From the NCBI GenBank assembly GCA_030264375.1, contig JASCQW010000081.1, positions 49,590,875 to 49,654,874 of the forward strand: DNA of 64,000 nt. The letters are read 5' to 3'. The position numbers and the translations under genes were made by a program. The notes under the pieces were generated by a model. The model worked only from the letters and a program-made list of their open reading frames with translations. It ran no database searches and was not told the DNA's origin. Shown here piece after piece: positions 13,486 to 25,521 of this stretch (the first letter of the stretch is position 1; each line of letters starts with the position of its first letter). This stretch comes from Carcharhinus longimanus (taxonomy: Eukaryota).

Positions 13486-13829
13486 CTGTAACAAAAGAAG
13501 ATTTAAGCTCCTGAAAAGCATGACTCAATTCCCTGTCCTCCATCCATAGCGTAAAGAAAAGGGAGAATGAAAAGAGCACTACCTAGTACCACATTTTCTC
13601 TCCACCTAACGGTGTGCAGGGATTGTTTCACAATGCACTTCCAGAATTCTCAACTGGGCAGCTGCAGTGCAAGATTGAGCGTCAGTGTGTTATTCCGCTA
13701 TGGAGGCTATTACACTCTCATCAATTAATATGTATATGTGGATTTTCCAGCATTACGCATCAAGCAGTAATCACAAAAAAGAACTTGGGCTAATTTTTCC
13801 CCTCAATATCTTAAACAACATCAGATGGA

Positions 13830-14099
13830 ATGGTCAGCACTGCTGCTTCACAGCACCAGGGGCCCAGGTTCGATTTCCAGCTTGGGTCATTGTCTGTGGA
13901 GAATCTGCACCTTCGCCCTATGTCTGCATGGGTTTCCTCCCACACTCCGAAAGTCATGCTAGTTAGGAGCATTGACCATGCTAAAATTCTCCCTCAGTGT
14001 ACCTGAACAGGTGCCAGAGTCTGGCGAATAGGAGATTTTCACAGTAACTTCATTAGAGTGTTAATGTAAGCCTATTTGTGACACTAATAAATAAACTTA
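13830..14099 (+). mobile_element. V-SINE, tail type B
   Basis: Same head, core and tail as 8374-8676. Confidence 0.9.
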
Positions 14100-14309
14100 A
14101 AAATAATTTTCCTGATTGAGATCAATTAATTTAGCACAGATTAGTAATTGTCTCCCGTGTCCACCCTCCCCCGCCACCCTCTTCCCACCAGCCCTAGTCG
14201 GCATGGTTTCATCCAACAATGGAAGCTGGCTTAGCTATTTGAGTAATGAGGGGTTGAGGGGAGTCAATGTGTTTTCATCAGACAGATTTCAACATTTCAA
14301 TCTTTCAGG

Positions 14310-14610
14310 GCAGCATGGCTTCCCACTTCTACAAATTCATTGCAGCAACTTGCCAAGGCTCCTTTGATAACACCTTTCAAACCCAAGACTTCTACCACCT
14401 AAAAGCTCACATGCAGCACATGGGAACTCTACAACCTGCTAGCTCTCTTCTAAGTCTGACTGACTCAGAACTACAGTCATTCCTTTAGCGTTGTTGGGTC
14501 AGAATCCTAAACTCCCTCCCTAACAGCACATGGACTGCAGTTGTTTGAGCAGGTGGTGATGGGAAGAGATTTAAATGCTGGCCTTGCCACTGACACCCAC
14601 ATCCCAAAAC
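14310..14610 (+). mobile_element. degenerate LINE 3' end (CR1/L2 group)
   Basis: tgggtcagaatcctaaactccctccctaacagcac..taaatgctggccttgccactgacacccacatccc, a tail typical of shark LINEs. Confidence 0.65.
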
Positions 14611-15924
14611 TATAGGGAAAAAAATCTGACAGCTTCCACAATGTATGTGTTATCAAAAACAGCAACACAATGGGAGGGACAGAAATACAACCTTGGGTTC
14701 CAAAATACATCATGGTGTTCCATGGTATAATATCCATATAGGAATGTCTGAAAGGATCTGCAATTTCTCCTTCATCCTCTCCCAGGTTATATTCCAACAC
14801 TCTTTGTACAGTTATGAACTGTTATTATCACACTATGGCAGTACTAAGTCACAACGTCTGTGATCTTTGCCTGTCGGCAAACTCATCTTTTGATACTCCT
14901 CTAGTACTTGGCCTTGCTAAGTGAGCACTGAATTAATAAGTGTGAGGAATTCTAATCTATGTCAACTTAAAAAGATGGCTAAAAACTAAAATATTAGTCA
15001 GCAATAGCTAAGGTGGAACATAGAATGCTAGGTTTATTGTACCAATGATCATTCAACTGATGCAACTAACTTACCACAAATATTCCTCAGGTGAGAATGT
15101 TACCATTGACTGAATGAAAAGATTTGAATCAAAACCATTTAGGACTTCTGTACAAATTCTAGACATTCCAGTGAATTACTGGGAGCGTGCTGTTTTGAAG
15201 GAGATGCTTTCTTTCACATGGCAGATCGCACTGAAGGCCCAGCTGCCTGCTCAGGAACTACTGAAGAACAGGACTGCTCTCCAAGTGTCCCAGCCAATCT
15301 TAATCAACAAAACAGTACAAGTACTTACCTTGTGAGATACATTTGTGCACAAACTGGCTGCCCACATTACAACATCTCAACTTAGTTATTTTCTTACAAA
15401 ATGTAAGATAATCCACCTCTAATTTTCTCCACACCTTTGTTCAGTGCTCTGTCTCACAACAGGAAATGGTCCTACAAACAGTGACAGCTCTCCAGTATCT
15501 TCTATACGCAGTCATTTTCTCCCTCTCTCTCTTGTTGATAGCTGTACAATGTCCAAGAAGGGCACTAACGACCACGCATTTCAATGTGATGGTCCATGGT
15601 TATTCTTGACAAGGTATTGCAGTGATTTGCTGTTGCCTTCTTCAGCTTCTGCCTGATCAGAAAACTCTCCCATCTTACCACCTGCAATAGGTATAATGAA
15701 AGGATTTCATCTTCCATGGGACACGAACCCCCAGTTTCTAGCAGGGATGCTATAACTGCCCCACAAGAGCCCTGACAGCCATTCTACAGGGCAGATTCTT
15801 CAGACTGGAGCTTTGGTAGGCTACTCAACTTTGGAAGTCATATTAGCAAATCCAATTCTGTCTTTGTAACAGTTCACACATGCTTCTTCTAGCACAGGTA
15901 AGAGGTAATAGATAACAACGTAAA

Positions 15925-16100
15925 ATTGAATCCTTCCTGTGCAGAAGGAGACCTTTCAACCCATCAAGTCTGCACCAGCTCTTATCTAGCCTGACCCCAT
16001 ACCTCACATATTTACCCTGCTAATCCCCCTAATTTATATACCTTGGGACACTAAGGAACAATTTAGCATGGTCAATCTACCTACCTGCACATCTTTGGCC
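15925..16100 (-). mobile_element. HE1-type SINE 3' half
   Basis: Reverse complement of the 3' half of the 27652-27980 copy (ccatgctaaattg..ttagtgtccc..gattagcagggtaaat). Confidence 0.8.
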
Positions 16101-16559
16101 TTTAGAAAGCTGACAATTTATTCATCCCTCCCTACCCCAGGTGAGATGGTTATCACATTCCTGTTGCTGCTCCAGCTGAGGTAACAGGACACAGAGCCGG
16201 GGCTGATCCTGATCTTTAGACTCTGGTGTACACAGAGTACTATACTCACTATTCGGGATACTGGGCTTTGTATAACTCCAATGCGACAGCATAAAATCAT
16301 CCAACGGCTACCTACAAAAGGTATACTTAGCAAGAAGAAATAGTGGAGGAAAAATATAGAATTTTAAGTCGAATGTTAAGAAGAAGTTCCCTTCTTAATT
16401 AAACTGATAGGCTCAAACATAGCTTGCATGTTTATTTTAAGCTGTTTACAGGGCAATGCAAACCAGAACAATTCTCAAGTCTTAAAAATAGACCTCACTT
16501 GATCCATTTGACATGACAAGGACCATGAGTCTATTTAATTCATTGTTTCAGTTACTCAC

Positions 16560-16745
16560 CCTTCACCTTTCAAGTCTCTCTTTAAACAGTTCCCAAGGAG
16601 ATAGCAGAAGAAAGGCAGTGCGTGGTAAAGTTCCATTTGCTTATAGTTAAGAGCCAGGCAAAACGCCACTGAGCCAAAGAGGACTCGATCAAACAGTAGG
16701 CCCAGCAACCCCCACGCAGCAAGGCCCAAGCTGATAGAGTTATAT
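16560..16745 (-). CDS. ALG6: ALG6 coding exon 7 (186 bp), AC acceptor
   Basis: aaacac|[63 protein letters not shown]|gtgagt; conserved [14 protein letters not shown]. Confidence 0.96.
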
Positions 16746-17717
16746 GTGTTTTCATGTTAAGGATAGCTCACAAATATTCACTCAGACAGCATACATAGAC
16801 AAACCAGCACTCTCACTGTCTTTTTTATTGCCTTATGCCAATACTAAGGGATAAGGCAAAAGCCACTTATGCATATGCTTTAAAAGGAAAAAGTCTTCTA
16901 AAATTTTCAGAATTTATTACATGAATGGAATTAGATAAAGTAATTTTATCCTTTTCGAATTCAGTTCGACTACCAACACACAAAATTTCCATTTGCCTAT
17001 GATCGAGAGGCAGATATTTTATTTGCAGGTGTATTACTTTGCTCCCCGTCACCTCTTTAAGATGCGGTTCACGCTGAGGTGCTGGACTTCCTGCTGTCTC
17101 CAAGGGAAAATACCAGATTATTTAAACATGGGCAGTATTGCACCCACGCACAGTTCTGTCCTTATTCAATGTTTACACACATTTTCCAGTAGGGGTCAAT
17201 GAGGAGTATTCTGTAGCACAAACTGCTGAGTGATTTTTCTTCCCCTTGTCTTGGGGTTATGGAAGTTATCATGGCTGAAATCAAGTTAACTCAATAAAGG
17301 CCTGCCAGTGAACCTAGGATCACCTGGCTCCATAAAATCCTTTCAGTGCAGGAGGCTATTTGGCTCATTGACTCTCCGAAAGAATATCTAAACTAGACCC
17401 CCACCCTCCCACCAAACCCCATGCATTCACCATAATCTATTTAACCTATACATCTTTTGGACACTAAGTGGTAATTTAGCATGGCTAATCCACCTAAACT
17501 ATACATCTTTGGACTCTGGGAGGAAACCGGAGCACCCAAAGGAAACCCACGGGGAGAAGCTCCACACTATCACCCAAGGCCAGAATCAAACCCAGGTCCC
17601 TGGAGCTGTGAGGCAGCACTGCTAACCAGTGTGCCACATCATAGTGCAGTCACTCACTGAACCATTGGGAGAGCTAAATGCATTGTTTTAACAGTTTCTT
17701 TAACATTCAAAGGATAT
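16746..17717 (-). other. ALG6: U12-type (minor spliceosome) AT-AC intron of ALG6, 972 bp
   Basis: 5' site ATATCCTTT starting at 17717; branch point TCCTTAAC at 16763-16756; terminal AC at 16747-16746; joining gives in-frame GHFQYNS. Confidence 0.95.
17331..17638 (-). mobile_element. HE1-type V-SINE
   Basis: Reverse complement of tRNA head, V core and CR1-like tail. Confidence 0.85.
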
Positions 17718-17782
17718 TGAAAATGGCCATGGTCGATAAGAATGAGTCCAGGGTACAGCAGTACACACAGCACAGATGACAC
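17718..17782 (-). CDS. ALG6: ALG6 coding exon 6 (65 bp), AT donor
   Basis: ctttgcag|[22 protein letters not shown]|atatcctt; conserved PGLILIDxGHFQ. Confidence 0.96.
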
Positions 17783-18344
17783 CTGCAAAGAGTAAAAGCA
17801 GTTGTGCATTTTCAATACAGTTACACTGAATCATGTCTCCCAATAAGCAATGAATTATTTCCCTCAAGTCAATTTTGTCCCTCTTCTTCTGAAAATGTTA
17901 AAACTCATGCTGGGATCAGAACTGACTTGGATACTCTACGACAGCTCACCCAAGTAAGGTACCGTTTATTCAACTTGTGGGCATTGCAATTGAGGCCAAA
18001 CCATCCTTACCAAAAAACTACTTTTCCACTGATCAGGAGTGAGAACTCTGCTGATTTCTGTTCCACGCCAAAACTCAGATGCAGAAGTCAAATGAAATTA
18101 TCAACCAAAATTGGCCTTCCCAAAATGCTTTTGTCTATGCCCACATACTTTCATTTGTCTATTTTTTCCTGAAAGTGTTGATTTGTACTATTCTCATTGA
18201 GGCTTCGAATAACACTACAAAGTGCCCATTCTTCCCATATCATGTTAGATGGTGGCCCCATTATTTGACCACAGAGAGTATCACAACCCTGTCCAGTCCT
18301 ATCCCCACCAGACAACAGGGGCATACACAGTCCAGCAGTGATTC

Positions 18345-18412
18345 CCTTCCAGGGAATTGAACCTGGGTCCCTGGTGCTGTGAAGCAGCAGTGCTAACCAC
18401 TGTGCCACCATG
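18345..18412 (-). mobile_element. SINE tRNA-like head only
   Basis: Minus-strand ggtggcacagtggttagcactgctgcttcacagcaccagggacccaggttcaattccc. Confidence 0.8.
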
Positions 18413-20937
18413 CTAACTTCAGGGAATCACTGGAACAAAAGTACACTATTTAGCCCCTCAAACTTGTTCTACCATTCAATTCTATTCTAATATAATTTCA
18501 TCTCAACTTAATCTACCTGCTTTTTTTAATTCCCAAATTCCTCAAACCCATACCTAATAAAAAATACATTGATTTCAGTCTTGTCAGCTTCACTTGACCG
18601 AGTATTTACTGCATTTTGGATTTTTCACTTTTCAGGAATCCACTACCATGTCAAAAAACGTTTTCCAATGTTACTTCCAACTGGCCTAGCACTAATTTTA
18701 ATATTGGAACACTGGCTTTTTTTAAAATCTTTTCACCTTCACTGTGCAGGATCACTGAGGTAAACTGGAGCTTTGAACTGCCACTATATAATGATTCATG
18801 CTCACAGACTTCATCAGGAAAACATATTTATTAATAAGGGAAGTCCTCTTCCGCCTGCTGCCCTTGAGCAGTCCACCAGCTGCCCCAATCCCTGCATGTC
18901 TTCTAGAGGTCTTTTGTGTAAGATTTTGTGTGGCCTTTTGTCCACTCCTTGGTGTGGCTATCTACTCTGTGCCAGTTGATCCGTCAAGCCAGGTGACCCT
19001 CTTCTGCTGTGTTGCCCTTAAAAGGAACTATCACCAAATGCTAGTTCCTCAATTCAGGCAAAAGATTGAACCTAGGATCATTTTTGGTCTTTATGATTCT
19101 CTATCAAATTGCATGGTGCACTAAACCAACTGGACTGGAAAGTAAAAACATTTAATCGCGTTAATAGTTAGCTTTCCTGGGCTGACGAAATACAACTGGT
19201 CAAGCAAAGGCTGCCAGATGAAAGCATATGGAATACATTTCATCGTATAGACTGCAGTTGATCATACACAGTCCATAAAAATACAATAGCATTGCATGGG
19301 ATGATCACCCAATATAACATTTAAGCATATTCACTGTAAAGATCCAGATATCATTTCTGGTCTGTACAGATATGAGATTTCAACAGGGTTAGTTTAGCAA
19401 TCAGAGCAGCTGCATAAAAATATTTAATGATTGTTGGAAAGTGAACAAGAGTTGACATGAGACCATGGCAGCCTCAGGCTTAATCGCAATGCCCTCCAAG
19501 GTCAAGTATATTGCTTGTCTCGATTTACAAAAGATGAATAGTCACTTGCTGGAGGCATCACGGCTCATTATGAATGAGTGTCTTCAGGTGAAGGTGGGAA
19601 ATTGAAAAGATGCAGCAGAGATGGAAAAGAAACATTTGCGTTCATTTTTTAAAGCCAGTTACTATGGAATTGTATCCCAATGACACCAATGCGCTGCACT
19701 CCAGTGTGATTTTAGTCACGTAGCGGAGGTGCTAATTTAGGAACATTACTCACTGCGCGAAAGTAAGAGCATGGGGCAGTTAATGCGCAATTGCAGCTGT
19801 TACCTTTATATGAATTACACTGATAATTATATGGGACAAACAGTGAATAAATGTCATTACTGTTCCCTCTCAGCTGTTGATTGCCCTGTAGTCTCCAGCC
19901 ACCTCCCCAACCAGCTTTCCTGCATGCTTCTTGGGAAACAATTTCAAAAATTGTCTACCAGCCAAACATATCTGGTTTCGTGGCATACACATTTTGCGCT
20001 ATCTTGAAGCACCCATCATAGATCAAGGAAGCCTTCACCTTGACTTTTATCAGTATTTCAAGCATGTTAATGATTTGGTTTTGTTGTTTCAGTATACAAA
20101 AATATCAGTAAATCTAATGATGGTTCCATAATGTGACAGAATTTAAAACCTCGGAGCAGTTTCAAGTAACATTATCCTCAAGTCATGCAGGCCACTGCTG
20201 CACGATCGCATGGACTTCACTTATTCCGCAGCTATGTTCCAGACGGTTTCACTGAAACCGAAATTTAACCCTAAGCCTTTGGTCACCTTCACTAAAATGT
20301 CAAACCATGTTAATCTAATTCTCCACTTGATCAAAGGAAGAAGTTCCGTTCATCACTCCCTAAAGCGTTATTCTTCATCAATTCCTTCCTGCCCGACCAA
20401 AAAAATTCCTCTCCTGAAAGCATGAAGACTTCCTATGTTGTGCATCCAAAAGTGTCCCTGGATATGGCACACATAGATTTTCTTCACAAAAGCCTGTACG
20501 CTAATATCAGAAGGCTGTTTTTCCTCAGAGGGAGGTGACTCACCATAGTTTATCCAAAACATGTCTGCAAATGCAGAAAGATCTACACATATACACACAC
20601 AGGTAGGTAATGATCAGNNNNNNNNNNGGAAAGTGATTTCCACCGCTGCTCCCACTCCTTGCCTAGCATAGGGGGCTGAGACCAAACATCTGATACTGAG
20701 ATTTATCAGCTCAATTCAAACCAGGCCTTGGGAATCTGAAACTGCTTTGCTTATATACCAGGTAATGAACTTCATTACATTATTAATTTTTCTCGAGTTA
20801 ACCAGTGAAGGTTTAGGTGCTAAGGATCAAGCACTGAGGTTACTAAAGCAGAATAATCAGAGACAGATGCATGAAATGTTCATTTCAGCTACAAGAATTA
20901 ACAGCCAACTTACATTTATGTAGCAACTTACATTAAA

Positions 20938-21412
20938 GGGCAGCACAGNNNNNNNNNNNNNNNNNNNNNNNNNNNNNNNNNNNNNNNNNNNNNNNNNNNN
21001 NNNNNNNNNNNNNNNNNNNNNNNNNNNNNNNNNNNNNNNNNNNNNNNNNNNNNNNNNNNNNNNNNNNNNNNNNNNNNNNNNNNNNNNNNNNNNNNNNNNN
21101 NNNNNNNNNNNNNNNNNNNNNNNNNNNNNNNNNNNNNNNNNNNNNNNNNNNNNNNNNNNNNNNNNNNNNNNCCTGAACAGGTGCTGGAGTAGAGGGTTTT
21201 CACAATAACTTCATTGCAGTGTTAATAAAAATAACTTGGGGTGAATGGCATCATAGGTTATGTGGAGAAGGCAGGAATAGACTATTGAGTTGGACAATCA
21301 GCCATGATCGTGGTGGTGCAGGCTCGAAGGGCCAAATGGCCTCCTCCTATTCCTATCTTCTATATGTTTCTATGTTAATGTATTACTTGTGACACTAATA
21401 AATAAACTTTAA
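20938..21412 (+). mobile_element. V-SINE tail type B (mostly N) with a CR1 3' end nested in its tail
   Basis: gggcagcacag head; tail split by a CR1 3' UTR at about 21237-21373. Confidence 0.75.
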
Positions 21413-22053
21413 AGAACAATCTTTGATTCCGATCCATTTCGGCCAGATTCCAATTCAGTTCTCTGAAATTATCCCTTCTACAGTTGAGCATTTTCATGTT
21501 TAATTGTTGTACTTCCTAGTCCCTAATTGTTGCAAAGTTAACAATATTTTGATCGGAGTTTCTTAAATGCTCGTGCCCTGAAGCACGCTCCATTAACCTA
21601 CCTCATTTGCCTATTTTCAGATGTTAAAGATATCAGGTGATATGGGGATATGATCGGAAAAATGGCATTGAGTTAGGAGATCATCCATAGTCCAGTTGCA
21701 TGGTGGAGCTGGCTCGATGGGCTGAATGGCCTTTTCCCACTCCTACTTCCTATCTTCCTATTTGGTGGACAATAGTATACGGCTGGCAGTTAATATTTTC
21801 TTTTTATTCTTCAGTTCTGACCAAATAGATTCTGTATTCAAATCCTCCACTGTAATTAAACACCAGAAAATCACACTTCTTTCAAACTGGCATTGTGGGG
21901 ATAATTTTAATAAAAATAACAGTAACTGTCACACCTTTTGAGTGCCAGTGCAGAATCAGATTGGAAAACTAGATTAGTTGCTACATGGGAAAATAAGATC
22001 TGATATGCTAAGAGATGTGGTACAATGGACTCAGCTCATTTTTTCGTTAATAA

Positions 22054-22366
22054 GGCGGGATGGTGGCATAGTGGTTAGCACTGCTGCCTCACAGTGCCAG
22101 GGACCTTGGTTTGATTCCAGCCTCAGGTCACTGTCTGTGTGGAGTTTGCATATTCTCCCCGTGTTTGCATGGGTTTCCTCCGGGTGCTCCGGTTTCCTCC
22201 CACAATCCAAAAGATGTGTTAGTTAGGTGCATTGACCATGCTAAATTCTCCCTCAATGTACCCGAACAGGCACCGGAGTGTGGGGCGACAAGGAGATTTT
22301 CACAGTAACTCAATGCAGTGTTAATGTAAGCCTACATGTGACATTACTAAATAATTTTAAACTTAA
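22054..22366 (+). mobile_element. V-SINE, tail type B
   Basis: Full head, V core (gtgtggagtttgcatattctccccgtg..ggtttcctcccaca) and tail. Confidence 0.92.
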
Positions 22367-24724
22367 AGCAAACCCAAAGTACATTAAAAGGTGTAGTGGA
22401 CACCAAGCGAAAAAAGGGAATTTACATGAAAATATTGAAGACAGCAGTAAGATTTTTAATGGTGAGGAGAGGTAGGCAGTAAAAACAATGGTGGATAATA
22501 TTCCAGAAAATAGGGCCCACAAAACAGGAGTTGGAAGTCATTAGTATGCAAGTGAAAGTGATCTTGTGCTTGTTGAATAAGGCACCATAGGTTAAGAAAA
22601 AATAGTGGAATCCAGGGATGACGATTTAGGAACAATGGGAATGACTACAAGGACATGGGAAGAGGAGTTATCGGAGAAAATTTTATAGCCCAGAATTTGT
22701 ATTTGATCTGCATTTGATCAGCTATAAAAATATTTCCCGTGAAGTTACTAGAAGCACGAGCTAATAACAACACAGGTGAGGGCAACAGTTTATTTGCTGA
22801 TCAATGAGACAAACAATGTATTGCATTAACCAAATGAGATTTAGGGATCGAGAAATAAACAAAGGAAGAACTGAGGAGCCAGGCAGTTAAGAGTGGATGG
22901 AATTCAGCATCAACCTCAGGCACAGACAAAAAGAGGGACGTAGAAAGACTGAATTAAAAGGAGCAGAATAAAGGCAGAAAGGGAAAGTAAAATATATCAA
23001 ATCAGACAATTTCTGAATCTCCAACAATTCACAACATGATGATATGAGACTCCACAGTTTAATTGTTTATTTTCTGGGCAAAGAGGTTGTTTGACAGTTA
23101 AAAATTTAACACATTATTGTTAGTATTTATCACATTATTATAAGTATCAATTAGTAGCTGCATCTTGAATTTTATTCAATGTACATGTGCGGAAACTTGA
23201 AAATCATTGGGAGTTAAAAGGAGAGCTGCTGCGTTTGTGAGGCTAATGTTGGAGTGGTGTGCAAATTAGTTAGTGGCTTATGGCAGCTGACAGCTCAGAC
23301 TCTCACTTCCTCACCACAGGTTACTGGATGACATACAGGTTGATAACAACACTTCTATCTTTCCTTATATTTTGGACAATTGCTTTCAGAAAGGTAGGAA
23401 TAAAACTAGAAGAGAACAATGACACAAAAACAGACCATAGAGAAGAGGCAGTGAAGGAAAATGAGCAGAATTTAACTATATTAAAAAGGTCACAGGAAAG
23501 CCAAAGATAGACAATAAAAGTAATATACTGCAGAAGCTGAAAACCTGAAATAAAAATGGAAAATGCTGGAAAAACTCAGTAGATCTGTGCGGCGAGAAAC
23601 AGGGTTGATGTTGAATTCACATGACTCTTCTCCAGAGAACTAATGTGTTGTAGCAGCAGCACAAGTTGTTAATCAATGACCAGTAGATGCTCGGTGCTGT
23701 GGTTAGCATGGAAGTGAGATTGAAGATAGTTGGCGTTGAATAGAACAAAAATGATCCATTTGAGGACTACAAATTAATGGGATTTTGGAATTGTCCTAGC
23801 CCTTAGGGAAGATAAAATAAAGCTAAGCTTTCTAAGGAGGAGGTGAAGGAGAAAATAACGCATGATAAAAGAAAGAGGTAGGAGCGAAGTGGGCTTAAAG
23901 TGCCACGCGATCACTGAAGAGTGAGAGGGTCAAAGGAGCAGGCAGCAGTCTGATGAATGGCCTGATTGATTGTTGGAATAAGAGACTGATTGACACAGAC
24001 TTGGGTTGAAGGCTCTGGTATTAAAACAGGCAGTTAATGGCAGGAAGGAGATACGGCCTATCCTCATTCTTACTACTGAATCTGCTTTCACCTGCCTTTT
24101 AGCCAATACATTCCAGATTACAACTCACTGCATCAAATAATTTTTCCACAGCTTCCTGCAAGCTTTTGTACCAATTATCTTAATTACCATCTGGTTACTG
24201 AACCGCTGTCAATGGAAACTTTCTTCCTTTTCCACTCCTATCAAAATCTTTCAATTTTGAACATCTCTATTAAATCTCCCAACTTGTTGATGTCATGTTT
24301 CCTACCTTAGTGGTTTTTCTTTTAAAAATGGCCTCAATTTTATCTGACCGATTGTAATAAACATTTGCTATTACATGACAAAGACCATGTCTGAAGCCTT
24401 CTTTTTAAAAAACTTAGCTCATTTGTTGGCCTTGTAGGTAAACATACTGTTAGCGTGATGCTGAGTCATACAGACCAGCAAGACCCAAGCATCAAGCCCT
24501 GGTCTTGTACGCTTTGGCTGTCCTCCAGCATTGCTCTATCCTATGAATATAATTCCAGACAATTGTTGATAGGTTACTTGTCTGTTGGCAGGTGGTGGAG
24601 AAAATCAGTACGATCCTATATTTATCCTGTGCTCACACACGTGGCTTTCCGGAACTAAAGTCACTGGAGAACAGTCAGGATGTGGAATGCTTTTCAGCAC
24701 CTATCCCACTATCTTTCTAGTCTT

Positions 24725-25175
24725 GGAAAAGTGGGGCATTTCAAATGAATTTTAGCCTCAACTCATTAGTAGTTCTCTCACCTCCAAGGCAGAAACTGGA
24801 GAGTACAAACTCCACTCCATGACTTCAGTGCGTAATCTAGGCATGGTAGTGCTGAGGTAGTGCTGCAGTTTCCAAGGTGCCACTTTTTTGATGGTATTTT
24901 AAAACTGAAGACCCAACATCCTCCTCAGATAAGCATGATAGATTCTCTGCCACCATTTGAAAATGACCAAAGGGAATTTTCCCAAATTATTCCTCACAGA
25001 GAATCATGAAAAGGAGACAGACTGGTCATTTAGCTCATTGTTGTTTGTGGGATCTTGCTGTGTGGAAATTGTTTGCCAATTTTGCCTCAGAAAAAAAATT
25101 AAGAAATCTTTGGCTGTCAATTGTTTCAGTATATCTAGTTTCTAGCAGGCGCTATATAAATGCAAAGTTATTCTG
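24725..25175 (+). mobile_element. DeuSINE (SacSINE1/AmnSINE1-like) relic
   Basis: gtgctgaggtagtgctgca core, ctggtcatttagctcattgttgtttgtgggatcttgctgtg, and L2-like tail ggcgctatataaatgcaagt. Confidence 0.65.
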
Positions 25176-25441
25176 TCAATACAGCTAGACTTTTCAAAAA
25201 TTAACATTTTTTTCCCTCAAAATGCAACACAAAATTCAGAGGACAGAAGATAAATTGCTGCCACTTGAACAACTGATGATACCTGGAACAACTTTCATAT
25301 CTAAGNNNNNNNNNNCTTCATTATGAGTTTTCTGCGAAGTTGATGCTTTGGGTACATGGCTCATAGCTGAAAATCTCTTAACTAACAGTCTGACATTGTC
25401 AGTTTTGCTATTGCCATAGTTACATTGACTGTAATGCCTAC

Positions 25442-25521
25442 CTTCTTCCTCTCTGGTCCTTTACAGTGATGAATGTAACAGAGGATCGCAGGGATATATA
25501 CAGCAAGATCTGCAACAAACA
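25442..25521 (-). CDS. ALG6: ALG6 coding exon 5 (80 bp)
   Basis: tttttag|VFVADLAVYIPAILCYIHHCKGPERKK|gtaggc; ADLxxYIPA motif; phases fit both neighbours. Confidence 0.93.
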
